From positions 161,704 to 225,703 of the forward strand of contig CBFFRP010000457.1 in NCBI GenBank assembly GCA_965644295.1: DNA of 64,000 nucleotides. Reading direction: 5' to 3'. The notes under the pieces are model-generated. The model was given only the letters and a program-made list of their open reading frames with translations. It made no database searches and was not told where the DNA came from. Positions 1-11,907 of the stretch are shown one piece after another. A program made the translations under genes and the position numbers. How positions within the stretch are numbered: the first letter of the stretch is position 1; each line of letters starts with the position of its first letter. The stretch is from Paraphysomonas bandaiensis (Eukaryota; Protista; Chrysophyceae).

Positions 1-1840
1 CAATCCTTGGCCTGCTAATGCCTTGGATTGCCTCCCCAGAGGAACGTTCGAAGAAGAATCCCACAGCGATTAAATGCGGACGATCACCTGCTTTGCCTGA
101 GAGAGCAGTTGCCACCGCACCACGACACTTGTCCGTCGCACACTGGGCAAGAATATTCTCACACAGCTCTTCTGCGTGGAGCTCCATCACTTGTCGTAGA
201 TGAACTGCCCCTTGGGATCCCTTGCCTGTACTCGGAAGGTGTGAGTTACGCGCCATATCTTCCAGCACGTCGCACATTAACCACCATCTAGGCTGAATCA
301 ACATCACATTCCGTCGCTTTATTGCAAGCCATCTGGAAGAGTCACTAACTTCTTTTCTTACGTCAACACCAGAAGATTCTTTTAAATTTTGCATCTCACC
401 CAGCATTGTATTGACCAGAGCAGCCCGAGTCGATATACAGTAAATATCATTATCGGCAGTGTTTTCTCTTAGAATCTGACATATATCGCTAACCCATGCG
501 TCTCTTTCTGCTATGCTTGAAGCACAGAGGTAAAGAACCTTCCGACGAGAGATAATAATAAACCAGGAGCTTTCTGTCGATGACAACATACTAGGAAGAG
601 GAAGGCACAAAGTTCCGGTACCTTTCCCTAGCGATATGCAGCATTGCAACCTGAGACCCATATCGACAAATGTGGAGCATAGCAACAGATCCGAACAGAC
701 GTGAACAACACATTCGCCTACGCCACCTCCACTTCCAACACTGCTAGTACTGCTGCTGGCACCGCTCTCTATCCGACCACGACATTGGAAATGGCGCCTC
801 AATCTGCCCTCTCTCACGACTGACCGCCCACGCCTGACTAAAGCCTCTATATCAGTCCTAGGCCTCGTTCCTGAGTTCAGAAACCTTTGGTAGAGGCTAT
901 GGAGTTTCTGCAAGTTACGGTGCTCCATGACTTCATTAAAGCAGTCCAGCAGACACGTTGTACAAGCTCCCAAAAGCTTTTCAGAGGAAACTTCCATTGA
1001 GCAGAGAACTTCCTGATATTCAAAATCTGCTTCTTGTAAACCCAGAAGAACATACCTGTGGGCGTCCGCACAGGTGGCGACATAACTGGGCAAACCACGT
1101 ACTGCCAATTCAGAGAGATGTAGCAAGTTGCGCATATCCACATGTATAGAGAATTCCGGGAATTCGGTGGATAATCTGTTGCATAATTCGCGGAGAGGGT
1201 CATAAAATCGTATTATATGGCGATGCACGGACATGAGTGGGACAAGCTTGTGAAACAATGTGCAGATTGTGGTATGTATATGGACAATGCGCTGTAGTGC
1301 TCTGTCCTGATCACTCACAAATGAGCTGACATCAAGACTAATACTCTTAAGGCCCTGTACGATCTGTTTGCTCAATACAATTGCGCTGTCCACAGCAACA
1401 CTGAACCCGGCGAATGGTGCCGATGAAACAAAAGCACACACAGAGCTCGATGTGACCACAATACAATCTTGCAGATATCTATACAGCTCTTGGAGACGAG
1501 TGCAATATTCTTCCTCCAACTCAATACAAGACTTGAAAACAGCGAGCATAGAAAGCAATGAAGAGATGGGGGCTCCGATGCTTCTGTTGGTAGAGTCAGT
1601 TGCAGCATGCATGTTTATGCACCGGGGATGCAACACAGCGCCTTTCTCTTGCAAAAACACACTGAGGAACTCCTCTGGAGACACCTCATTGAATGATTCC
1701 CTCTGCACAGAGGCACTGGGGGCTCTATTGGGGTTAAGCGGAGGGATTATCTGCTGATGGTGTCCATCTTCATTGTCAGATATGGATTGCTGGTCGATAT
1801 CGCTCTCGTCCAGTAGGTCCTGTGCCATCTCCAGGTCCAT
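1..1840 (-). CDS. DH(RhoGEF)-like + PH domain protein, 3' end runs off the window
   Basis: Manual translation from ATG at 1840 (MDLEMAQDLL) stays open to position 1. Helical region, then PH-like VVREGRL...VLYLCASSIAERDAWVSDI. Not in the ORF track because there is no stop in the window. Confidence 0.6.
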   Translation of the reverse strand, partial: MDLEMAQDLLDESDIDQQSISDNEDGHHQQIIPPLNPNRAPSASVQRESFNEVSPEEFLSVFLQEKGAVLHPRCINMHAATDSTNRSIGAPISSLLSMLAVFKSCIELEEEYCTRLQELYRYLQDCIVVTSSSVCAFVSSAPFAGFSVAVDSAIVLSKQIVQGLKSISLDVSSFVSDQDRALQRIVHIHTTICTLFHKLVPLMSVHRHIIRFYDPLRELCNRLSTEFPEFSIHVDMRNLLHLSELAVRGLPSYVATCADAHRYVLLGLQEADFEYQEVLCSMEVSSEKLLGACTTCLLDCFNEVMEHRNLQKLHSLYQRFLNSGTRPRTDIEALVRRGRSVVREGRLRRHFQCRGRIESGASSSTSSVGSGGGVGECVVHVCSDLLLCSTFVDMGLRLQCCISLGKGTGTLCLPLPSMLSSTESSWFIIISRRKVLYLCASSIAERDAWVSDICQILRENTADNDIYCISTRAALVNTMLGEMQNLKESSGVDVRKEVSDSSRWLAIKRRNVMLIQPRWWLMCDVLEDMARNSHLPSTGKGSQGAVHLRQVMELHAEELCENILAQCATDKCRGAVATALSGKAGDRPHLIAVGFFFERSSGEAIQGISRPRI

Positions 1841-2069
1841 GGCAGGGTAGGGTGAAGGGTTATGATGGATAGGATAGCATTGGTGTGGAGATAGTCATGT
1901 ATATATGCATGAGACAGCAGAGTTATGTATGTATGGTGAGGGATGTACTGCACATACAGATACTGCGTATAGAGGTACATAAGCATATGGTCCGGGATAT
2001 ATACGTGTACTAGTGGGTGAAGTAGAGCAGTACATACCAATGATAGGATACTTCTGTATGTATGATATA

Positions 2070-2460
2070 CAGCAGTACGGGTATCCACAGGTACATGAGT
2101 GTATGGTGTGTATGTACCTCTAGGAACCCTCCTGTGCATACTCTACTCTACTCCATCCTATAGTATGTATATATATACAGCAGTACGGATCTGGTATACA
2201 GGTACAGGTATCCACAGGTACAGGAGTGTATGATGTGTATACAACATCAGCACTCTCACTCCTTTCATAGGAACCCCCCCCCATACCTACACTACACAAT
2301 ACTATACTCTACACTATACTCTGTAGTATGTATACATATACAGCAGTACGGATCTGGTATACAGGTACAGGTATCCACAGGTACAGGAGTGTATGGTGTG
2401 TATGTACCTCTAGGAACCCTCCTGTACTCTACTCCATCATACACATACAGCAGTACGTGT
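2070..2460. repeat. Three degenerate copies of a ~70-90 bp unit in a divergent promoter
   Basis: cagcagtacgg...gtatccacaggtacaggagtgtatg recurs near 2070, 2178 and 2341. Confidence 0.8.
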
Positions 2461-2614
2461 CCACCTCTATGTATGTATGTCTATGTATGTATATATATAC
2501 GTGTGCCATCTCTCATCTCTACACACATATATCCATATCAATCTCCTCATACACACACCTCACAACATCCTAACCATCACATAACTCTCTCCCTCCCCCC
2601 CCCTCTAATCAATC

Positions 2615-4399
2615 ATGATCGTTGCAGACCGTAACATGCTAAAAGCCTCATTAGCTAAAGGCGTATTAGAGATCCAACTCACACTCATTCAACTCTATAC
2701 AAGTAACCTCAACGCTATTGGTACACAAGCAGCTTTAGTAGCTGGATTTGCTTTTACAGGCATAGCAGAAACAACATATCCAAGTGGAGAATTTGTTGAT
2801 AGTATTCTTGAATACTTTTATTATTTTTTTATTACTTTATGTTTAGTTTCGGGTCTGTTTGCTGTATCCCAATCAACTATCGTTACTTTATATGGACCAG
2901 CTATGGCACTTAGTGGTGAAACACCTGAAGCTGTAACAAAATCTGTATCAAATATGAGAACACAACAAGATTTTGTATTTAAAGTTGGTGGAGTATCGAT
3001 TACATCACTGTTTTTATCGGCTATAGTCCTGTCATGGGCTAGACGGCCGAGAGGAGTGGCGATTCTCAATACGATTGTATATATGGGGGTCTACTATCTT
3101 ATGGTGACGGAAGGACGAAAGGCGTATCTTTTGTTTGCATCTATCAAGGAAGAGGTGGGAGCGTATGAGGAAAAATCAGGTATATCTCTGTGGTGTCTGA
3201 GTGGTAGAGCTTGACTGGATTGGTGTATAGGTAAAGGAAATTCACCTGCACTGTCCCGCGCCAAGAGCGATGTCAACCCCATGGTGACTGCTGCACATGA
3301 TGGCGTCATGAGCGACAATATGTCTGCAGTAGGGAGTGGTGAGAACGATCAGACTGCAGAACAGGTATGTACTGCTAAGTGCGAATTATACTGACGTATA
3401 CGCACACACGATACTAATGGACACATATTGTCACATAATTCATTTGTGTTTAGGGCACTCAGACGAGGGCAAGAGGCGCTCTCTGGATGCGACAGAGTCT
3501 TTCTAAAGGCGGAGAGTTGCAACTATGCTATGCAGTACTGGAGAAGGGCAAGTTAGATATCTACCGCAAGGAGTCGGTAAGTATATATGACAAAATTATT
3601 TCCAATTTTTTGAAGGCTGAATTTTGTGTAGGATTTCGTTAATCACGAGAATCCTATTAACCAGAGACCATTTCAACTGTGGAAGTACCGTCTTGAACTC
3701 GATCCCAGGTAATGCATCTGTTGTGTACGTACGGTGTATACCGCGTGTACCTCACTGGAACATCAGTGCGCATGAACCAATATATAAATTTAACAACCCA
3801 TTTATAGAAAGTTCAACCGTGGACTTACATCTGCCTCAAAGTCTCTTCGAAAATTGGCCACTGGGCAGGGCGAGTTTTCAATCACCCAGCTGGCTACCTC
3901 TGACTACGATTTGAAAGAAGCAGTCCACAAGTACAGGTTTATACTTTATCCTAAGGTAACTAAAATGCACCGTGCAGTGCACCCAAATATTACCACTCCA
4001 CTGATTTAAGTATTTAATTTTATTATGGAAGTGTGACGGTGTTGTCTACTTGTAGGTGCTCTCTGAGCTTACCCCACTGGCTACTGGAGAGTTCATGGCC
4101 AACGATGAGCAGTCATATAAACTTTGGATCAAAGCCTTGTCTAGAGTCATCCGGTATATATGCATTATGTGTCATTTAAAGAGAGTATATGTGTGCTTTG
4201 TGTATAAATTTGTGGTGAGTCAACGTCTAGCCTAACATGGTATATAGGTCGTACGAACACATCGAGGCGAACCCTACTGTTGAGGCGACAATGAGGTAAC
4301 TAAGTATACAATGTATTCTTCGTTTTACTCAAGTATGTGAACTTTAGGGCAAATGCTAATGTGGAGCTTGCTGTAAATGCCGCCAGTCGATCCAGCTGA
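2615..4399 (+). CDS. Four-TM Orai/PGG-like membrane protein with C-terminal PH domain (multi-exon)
   Basis: Exon 1 has GTQAALVAGFAFTGIAE and 4 hydrophobic segments. Later GT-AG exons give RGALWMRQ...YAVLEKGKLDIY...YKLWIKALSRVI. TGA at 4397-4399. Confidence 0.65.
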
Positions 4400-4600
4400 G
4401 TGTACATCTTGGAACCTACCCGAATTATATTCTTCCTGGTGTAACAAGGTCCAATAGCTGGATTTTTTGCTATTTATCTATAGCAGTATCTAAATATCTG
4501 TGTTTCTGCGGTGTTCATTCCGATGCACTAGGAAAAGCTTGTATATTGACAATAATAAGGAGCTCATATTTTCACGTTCGTTTTTATTCTCTTTCTTCTC

Positions 4601-5240
4601 TGCAGTATGATGCAATATATATTGTGCAACTGAAGTGAGTTAATAGTGTGCAATAGTTGAAGCCAACTCATAGGTTACAGAGGAAGTAAATTCAGTTGCT
4701 GATATGTGACTATGTAAGGTATAGGAGTGACTGGCGAGCATATGATAAACAGATGTTCACCAGATGTTACAATGTCATGAGTATGATGTAGCGATGTGTT
4801 TAGATTAGTAATTATAATTTCTTACTTGAAAAAAGTGCATTGTGTGCAACAGAGAAAGGTAAAGGTTTACGTGTAGAGCAATGTTAACTTCAGTGAAAGG
4901 TTCAATTCTAGCATGGCAGCGAGTGATAGTTTAGATGAGAAGGCGACAGAGGACAGTCAGATTCTGAAGTTGGACAAGTAGAGTCGAAATAATCACCTGG
5001 GGCTGGAACCGAAAACTACTAGAGGGGGTAGAGCACGAGAGTTACGGCATGAGCGAAATGACACTGTGTTGCAACGATTTGGAAGGCTTGTGAACATGAC
5101 GCAGATGTGTTGGAGGTTTCGAACCAATACATGGAGGCAATGGCGCTACTACCAGATGATGATCTCAATAAGGACGGTTTGTCCTATCAGATGCCTCAAA
5201 TGTTGGTAGATAGGTTCGGGGTGAGTTGGAAAATGCACTC
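4601..5240 (+). mobile_element. Degenerate copia LTR + gag relic
   Basis: LTR-like segment ends ctagca at 4913, followed by tggcagc (PBS-like). Translation SRNNHLGLEP matches gag RNHLGLE of the other copia copies. Confidence 0.6.
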
Positions 5241-5621
5241 TAGAAGACTACAGCGATAGTTGTATCCTCCTCTTTCACGTGTACAGATGATATGGGATAG
5301 GAAGTAGTGCTAAAAAGCTTTCTCCTAAATCACCCATACTTGTCATGTCTAATTATAGCTACATCATATATGTCAAAATTAATAATCTATCTAGTCTAAC
5401 GACAATGCTTTTTCTTTAACGATCTAAACAGGTGCAGTGTTTTTAACGATCTGAAGTGTGAAAAAGGTGCAGGGGTATGATGCCTGTTTACCCTCTCAAC
5501 TATTCTCTACCATACCTACTACATTATGTACTTAATACATCTGTTTCAACAAAATCGCATCAAAACAGTTGCAAAAGAGTTTATAATATGCCCTAAGCAA
5601 AAAACTGTTCTTTTCTGAGGA

Positions 5622-5966
5622 TGTTAGAATTGAACCTTTCACTGAAGTTAACATTGCTCTACACGTAAACCTTTACCTTTCTCTGTTGCACACAATGCAC
5701 TTTTTTCAAGTAAGAAATTATAATTACTAATCTAAACACATCGCTACATCATACTCATGGCATTGTAACATCTGGTGAACATCTGTTCTCAGCAACATAT
5801 GTTCGCCAGTCACTCCTATACCTTACATAGTCACATATCAGTAAATGAATTTACTTCCTCTGTAACTATATTCTCCCGTTACACCTATGAGTTGGCTTCA
5901 CCTATTTCACACTATTAACTCACTTCAATTGCACAATATATAATATATATTGCATCATACTTCAGA
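5622..5966 (-). mobile_element. Inverted second copy of the 4601-4913 LTR
   Basis: Near-identical reverse complement of 4601-4913. Confidence 0.75.
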
Positions 5967-6055
5967 ACTCGACATTAGTAATGTATTGTTGGTACCGATC
6001 AGGCTTTCTTAACAAATAATTGTTAGTTATGTAGATCTTATATTTCCTATATTCC

Positions 6056-6935
6056 CGCAGACTGTGCACACCCCACAGACAACATGGCGCACATGCTTCT
6101 CACCTGCACTCACCCTGACATCATTCACATACGTGAAGATGTCCACCAAGCACACCACAATAAGCTTGACAAACTTCGCACACGCACGCTCCCCCATCCC
6201 TGGTTTTACACCGCCATAACTAAACTAGCCAAAGCCGCATGGAACCCAGCCACCCCCCAGGTTGAGCGCTACTGGACCGGCCACATTACTGCCACACAAA
6301 TGGCCGACGCATTCGGACGCCACATATCCAGCTCACTGCTCGAACATCAATTCCACGCCCTAGAAAAATCCATCGCCTCTATCCTACTCCCCCTATATGA
6401 TGGAGGGCTCCGTATGCTTCGCAATAGGGGACACAGACACCTCAACGTAGACACGGCACCGGCGACACCGGTCCCGACACACGCAAAGCCCCACCAGCCC
6501 CGACACCCGACACCAAAAGTACTCCAGCTACTCCAGGCGACATCCACCCCACGAACTACACTCTCTGCAAGAGCCCAGACCCGACAGAGGCAAGCGCAAC
6601 CACTCCGGAAACAACTTCTCCTTACTTGTAGCCGAAACCCCACCTCAACAACCAGCACCATCTCCACCACCGACTTGCACTCTCATATACAACTCGCCTC
6701 ACCCACCCCCCACATAATCCATGGCACAGGCCCGCCAGACACATTGCCCAAAGGTAGACCCCCCGACTAACCTCACTACAAGGGACGGTTGCACCATGGT
6801 GCTCGCAGCGATGCACAAGCAGTCCCGAGACGGTTGCCCGCCACTAGTAGTATATAGCAAATCTAGTTATTAGCTAGTCTATAGACATAAACTAGTTTCT
6901 GTACGCAACCGTACTCATGTAATAATCAGACTTTC
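6056..6935 (+). mobile_element. 5'-truncated non-LTR retrotransposon (LINE 3' end), no poly(A)
   Basis: 16-bp TSD ATATTTCCTATATTCC at 6040-6055 and 6936-6951. C-rich ORF to 6770 starts with a truncated zinc knuckle (C-AHPTDNMA-H-MLLT-C). Confidence 0.8.
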
Positions 6936-7059
6936 ATATTTCCTATATTCCAACGCAATGGATATTACTTCCCATTTACTTGAAGAAAATACTTAACAAG
7001 AAAATTAATTTCAATTTTTATAGTCCTAAAGTGAAAATGAAAACACTATCTATATACAG

Positions 7060-8852
7060 TTATTCACATGTTTCTACACATTCATATCCTTTCTGACCAT
7101 TACAGCTACTAGCAGACAAAGCATCGCTAACAATAGGGTTTGCAGTTGTGACATGAACATCATTGAGCTCAAATTCATGGATAGCCCCCCCAGTATCGCT
7201 ACCGCCAGTTTCTATCGTTGACACAAGAACTGTATCTTTCTTACTTTGTACCGAAATTAAAAGCGTCAAAAGGGAACCTGATATCAAAAATATCCCGGCT
7301 AATAATATTGAAACAGTGTAATTTCCTGTAGCATCGTAGACGATTCCGCCAATGGGGGCTGAAAATAAGTTTCCAATAGTGTTAGACGTATACATTAAGC
7401 CCATCACAGATGCCATATTATTAGAACTAAATAGCTCGCTGCAAACCACGGGTAGCAGACTTACAAGGCCACCTAGACATAAATCACACGTTACATAAAA
7501 TTGACGAATAAGAATTACAGGGGTAAGAATACATCCGTGGATGCCACACATATAACGATTTGATGTAACTAAAAACCAGTAGTTTATGGATAAATACTAC
7601 TTTTTTGAACAGTTCAATCAATGTATCAAGTACATATAATACCATACACTCTTTGCGCTATCACTACACCAACCCTAATCGAATGTTTCATATAATTTCA
7701 CTATCTTAGATACATATTTTTAATCCACAATTCAAAAAATACCTGAGAAAAAACCATATAGGATGCAAAACACAGAGAGTGAGATGAAGTCTGCACAAGA
7801 AGCCCAGTATAGCACGGCTAACCCCCCCACAAGAACACACACTCTGAAGCACCAGAGCTTGCTGTACTGGTCAGCTACATATCCTGAGAATATTCCACGA
7901 TTAGAGTGATCCTTGTAGACGATGAAGAACACACTACTCGAATTAACATTAAGCTACACGTAATCTACTCATGTTAGAACCAAGTAAAATACAACGCAAA
8001 TACGTATAATAAAACAGGTTAAATTCTACCTATCCCAGCTCGCCCAAGAGCACTAGTGAGTCCTAGAATTGACAGCAAGTACACGCTCTGAGTAGATCCC
8101 ACACCATGCAATTGTGCATACTTTACCACATGAACAAAGGGCATCATATACCCAAGAGATGCCAACAGTAAAGATAGATAGAGAACAGTAAAATTGGGTT
8201 GCCTGAAGTATTGAAGGGATTGCGTGGAGTTACTTGCTGAGGAGCACAATGGCAGGCGACGCCTAGTAATAACACCGCAACATACTAATCCAATTGTGGT
8301 TATAAAAGCCATATACTGCAAAGCAACTCGCCATGAGAACGACTGTAGCAGTAGATTAATAACAGGAGCGAAGCCGAACTGTCCCAACCCTGACCCCGAC
8401 ACAGCGATACCAACTGCCAGTCCTCTTTTCTTGTCAAAGTACTGACCGATAGCACTAACTGCCCCTATGAACGATAAGCTGTACCCACAGCCACAGATAA
8501 CACCTTGAGTGAGATACAAATGCCATAACTCCGAGCTGATAGAGGCTAATAACAGTCCGACCCCCACAATAATGCCCCCTAAAGATATGCACATCCCATT
8601 GCCGATCTTATCAGCCATAGATCCGGATACACCTGCAAGACCAGTAAGTCCACCAGCAGCAATTGATCCAATCCATGCCACTTGACCACCAGATGAGTGG
8701 AAGGCGTGTATGTATACGGGATACACCACCCCAAAGCTGTAGATGTTACCCAACACAAAGAAATGTACAAAGAAGGCACCTATCACTACAATCCAACCGT
8801 ATCCACCTTCAGGAGGGGGAGAGGTAGGATCTGTTGTCTTGATGAACTTCAT
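7060..8852 (-). CDS. MFS monocarboxylate transporter (MCT/SLC16-like), spliced
   Basis: PPEGGYGWIVV and YFDKKRGLAVGIAVSGSGLG motifs; about 3 exons; start MKFIKT at 8852. Confidence 0.9.
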
Positions 8853-9058
8853 TTCATTGCATATGATCTCATATACATACACCCCTATAGTCCCATATGC
8901 GCCATACCATACTACGATACACACACACTGAGATGGAACACACCCTGCTGCTGTACCATGTACACGTCCAGCCATATACAGCGAAGTATACATCCAGAAG
9001 ACTACGAAGTGGACACCACCACCATATAGAGAACCTTTGATTGGCTGTGAAGTCTCGG

Positions 9059-9059
<1 letters not shown>

Positions 9060-9089
<30 letters not shown>

Positions 9090-9254
9090 TGTATGTATGT
9101 ATGTATGTATGTATGTATGTATGTATGTATGTATGTATGTATGTATGTATGTATGTATGTATGTATGTATGTATGTATGTATGTATGTATGTATGTATGT
9201 ATGTATGTATGTATGTATGTATGTATGTATGTATGTATGTATGTATGTATGTAT
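9060..9254 (+). repeat. (TATG)n microsatellite
   Basis: Perfect tetranucleotide array. Confidence 0.98.
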
Positions 9255-9323
9255 AGCTATGTGGTTCAGTGTATGTATGTGTGATGGGATTATAGTCATA
9301 TATATGTGTATCTATAGATCTGT

Positions 9324-11367
9324 ATGATGTCTGGAGACTCCGAACTCTACCAGTGCATAATCTGTCATGAACCTTACCGCCGAGAGGGTCGTTTATCTCC
9401 CGTAACTCTCATGTGCGGTCACTCTCTGTGTGTGGGGTGTTATGAGTCTCTTCCCTCATCATCAGCATCATCAGCAGCATCTTCCTCCTTATTATGTCCC
9501 ATATGCTCTCTTCCATGTCCCCCTCCATCCAAAAACACAACTCTATTAAAAGAGATTGCTTCAAGAGAGCTCGCATCATGTTCATTGGCTATACATACAC
9601 TGTGCAGTGAGTGTATGAGGACAACGAGCTCTGTATGCTGTGAAGAGTGCGATCGGATGCTATGCAGAAGATGTGACGATCGTCTACACAGACAGGGAGA
9701 TAGAACACAGCATCTGAGAGAGTGTACGCGAACGGAAGAGACGGATATGTGTGCCAGTCATATGCATCCGCTGACTCAGTACTGCAAGACGTGTGAGCGA
9801 TCTGTATGTGATGATTGTGCCTCGACTGGTGAACATGCTGCTCACGAGACGGGTGATCTAAAAAGCGTTGCTGCTAAAATAGAGAAGCGCATGTCCAACT
9901 ATAGGAAAGTACTGGAGCAGATATGCGCCGAAACGAGCTCGATGTCCTCTAATATTGAGCAATGTTTAGGCAATGCAGGTGTTGGTGATGAGAAAAATTC
10001 AGAATCATCATCTTTACGTAACGAGTGGAAGCAAACAGCAAGGAATTCTATCAACCAAACTTTTGAAAAGCTACATGCTGCTTTGCACAAACGACGCCAG
10101 GAACTGCTAACCATGGTGGATAACGTATACGAGGAGAAAAAGCTGCATTTGCTCGGACAAAATGCAAGCGCCAATAATCTCCATCGGAGTGCACACGAAT
10201 TGTTAGAAAAAATCGAAGAGTTTCCGCCGGATCGGGAGGCTTCTTTGGTTAGTTTGTACGGGGAACTACAAGAACAACTTGATGATTTAAACGAGGTCGA
10301 TATACATACTATGATAGGCCCCGTAAATGACCTACGAGTCCACACTTCTTTTGATACCAAAGACCTCGATGTGCTGTTTAGCATAGTTCATACCCTGGGC
10401 ACTGTTGGTGAGAAAGGAGAAGCTGGAAGGGATGTATCACAAAATAAAACTACCAGATCACGGTCTCCCGCCCCCTCTTCTTCGATAGGATCGAAGGGTG
10501 ACAATCGACCTGTCGGAAATATTGAGGAATCCGCTCCCCTGTCATTTGATGACTTATACGTAGGTATGGTTGTCGTGTACAGTTTATCTGGACTTATATG
10601 ATATGTGTGGAGAATGTTGAGTCCGTATGATTTATGTTTGCTTTTTTAGGGATGAGGGTGGACGCTCTCGATACTGTGAATAGATGGGCAGAAGCGGAGG
10701 TAAACGCCAACGTTCACGTCATTTTTGGTATATAATATCCTCTGCTACTACTAGTGCGGTGCATGACAACTACTCGCATACGATTACGAGATCTGACTGT
10801 GTACAATGTATTTCACTCTCCCTGTAACTGTGAACTGCCGTATTGTTCAGGTTTTAGAACTCGATGCGGGTGAGCGGGAAGTGCTTGTGTCGTACGTTTA
10901 TTGGCCCTCTGAGTGGAATGAATGGTTGCCTGTAAGAAGCGATGTAATTGCTCCTTTGAAAACGCACACCCTCTGCGCTGGGCGTGAGATTTGCGTGGGC
11001 CAGAGGGTAGAAGTATGTAATGGTGGAAGCGAATGGAGGGAAGCTTTCGTAACTAATGTCAATGGCTATCAGGTTTGAAGCAACTTCGCGTTACAGTCTG
11101 CATTTGCGTTGTTTTCTTGAGTTATGAGTGCTGCACTGCATGTATTTTAATGCGTGCACCTTATCATGATTGTAGATAATTAGGTACATGTAGGTGGAAG
11201 TCCTGTATGAAGACGACAAGCAGAAGGAGCGGAGCTTAACTGTGGATACTCGTATGGATCGTATCCGACAGTATGGTATTGCGGCTCAACCAAAGAAAAA
11301 AAGAGCAAGTACGTCGTCGTCAAAGTCGAATAATAGTAAGCAAGGCAAAAAGAAAGCACGTGCGTGA
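9324..11367 (+). CDS. RING / B-box / coiled-coil (TRIM-like) protein with C-terminal Tudor/MBT-like repeats
   Basis: CxxC..CGH..C RING, two B-boxes, coiled coil. Spliced exons GMRVDALDTVNRWAEAE, YVYWPSEWNEWL. Confidence 0.85.
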
Positions 11368-11388
11368 TACTTTTGTTGCCAACAGTGT

Positions 11389-11573
11389 TCTAGATATTGA
11401 GTTCTTTGGAAATTGTTATCTTTGGATGTGTTTGAACTGATATTTTTCACTGGTTATATCATAAAATAGTTACTACTGCTTTTGTCATCTAGATATTGAG
11501 TTTATTTTTGGAACTTTTATTTTGGATGTGTGCGAACTGTTATTTTTCACTGATTATATCGTATAATAGTTAC
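11389..11573. repeat. ~100-bp tandem duplication in 3' flank
   Basis: tctagatattgagtt...atagttac occurs twice. Confidence 0.8.
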
Positions 11574-11621
11574 AAAATGTACGAATTTTCGATACCTTCC
11601 CTCGATACCCTTATGTGGTAG

Positions 11622-11753
11622 TGGATGTCCTATTATTAGCAATAGGCGTTTAAAAGTCAGAACTGGCTATATATGCGGCTCACGCTAGTTTCCCGGAGAA
11701 CTATCTCCGGTACAGATTGTACATATCCCTAGACCCGACTTTGTTGAGGGCTA
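11622..11753 (-). mobile_element. Minimal (132 bp) non-autonomous retroposon, family R
   Basis: 11-bp TSD TTATGTGGTAG (11611-11621, 11754-11764); family head joined directly to family tail. Confidence 0.75.
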
Positions 11754-11907
11754 TTATGTGGTAGGGGGTAGGGGTACATTGTTGTAGCGTTGTAAAATTT
11801 GGGGATTTACTGTTTTGAGTTAATCTAGAATCTAGTACAACACCATTCCCTAAGCTTTTGTGTAGGATTGATTAGAAACAATACTTTGATTTGTAATCGT
11901 TTTTATA

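Noticed and set aside
9037-9327. MYVC/HTYI repeat ORFs here and at 40.4, 48.2 and 61.4 kb as standalone genes
   Set aside because: Artefact of a stop-free tetranucleotide repeat.
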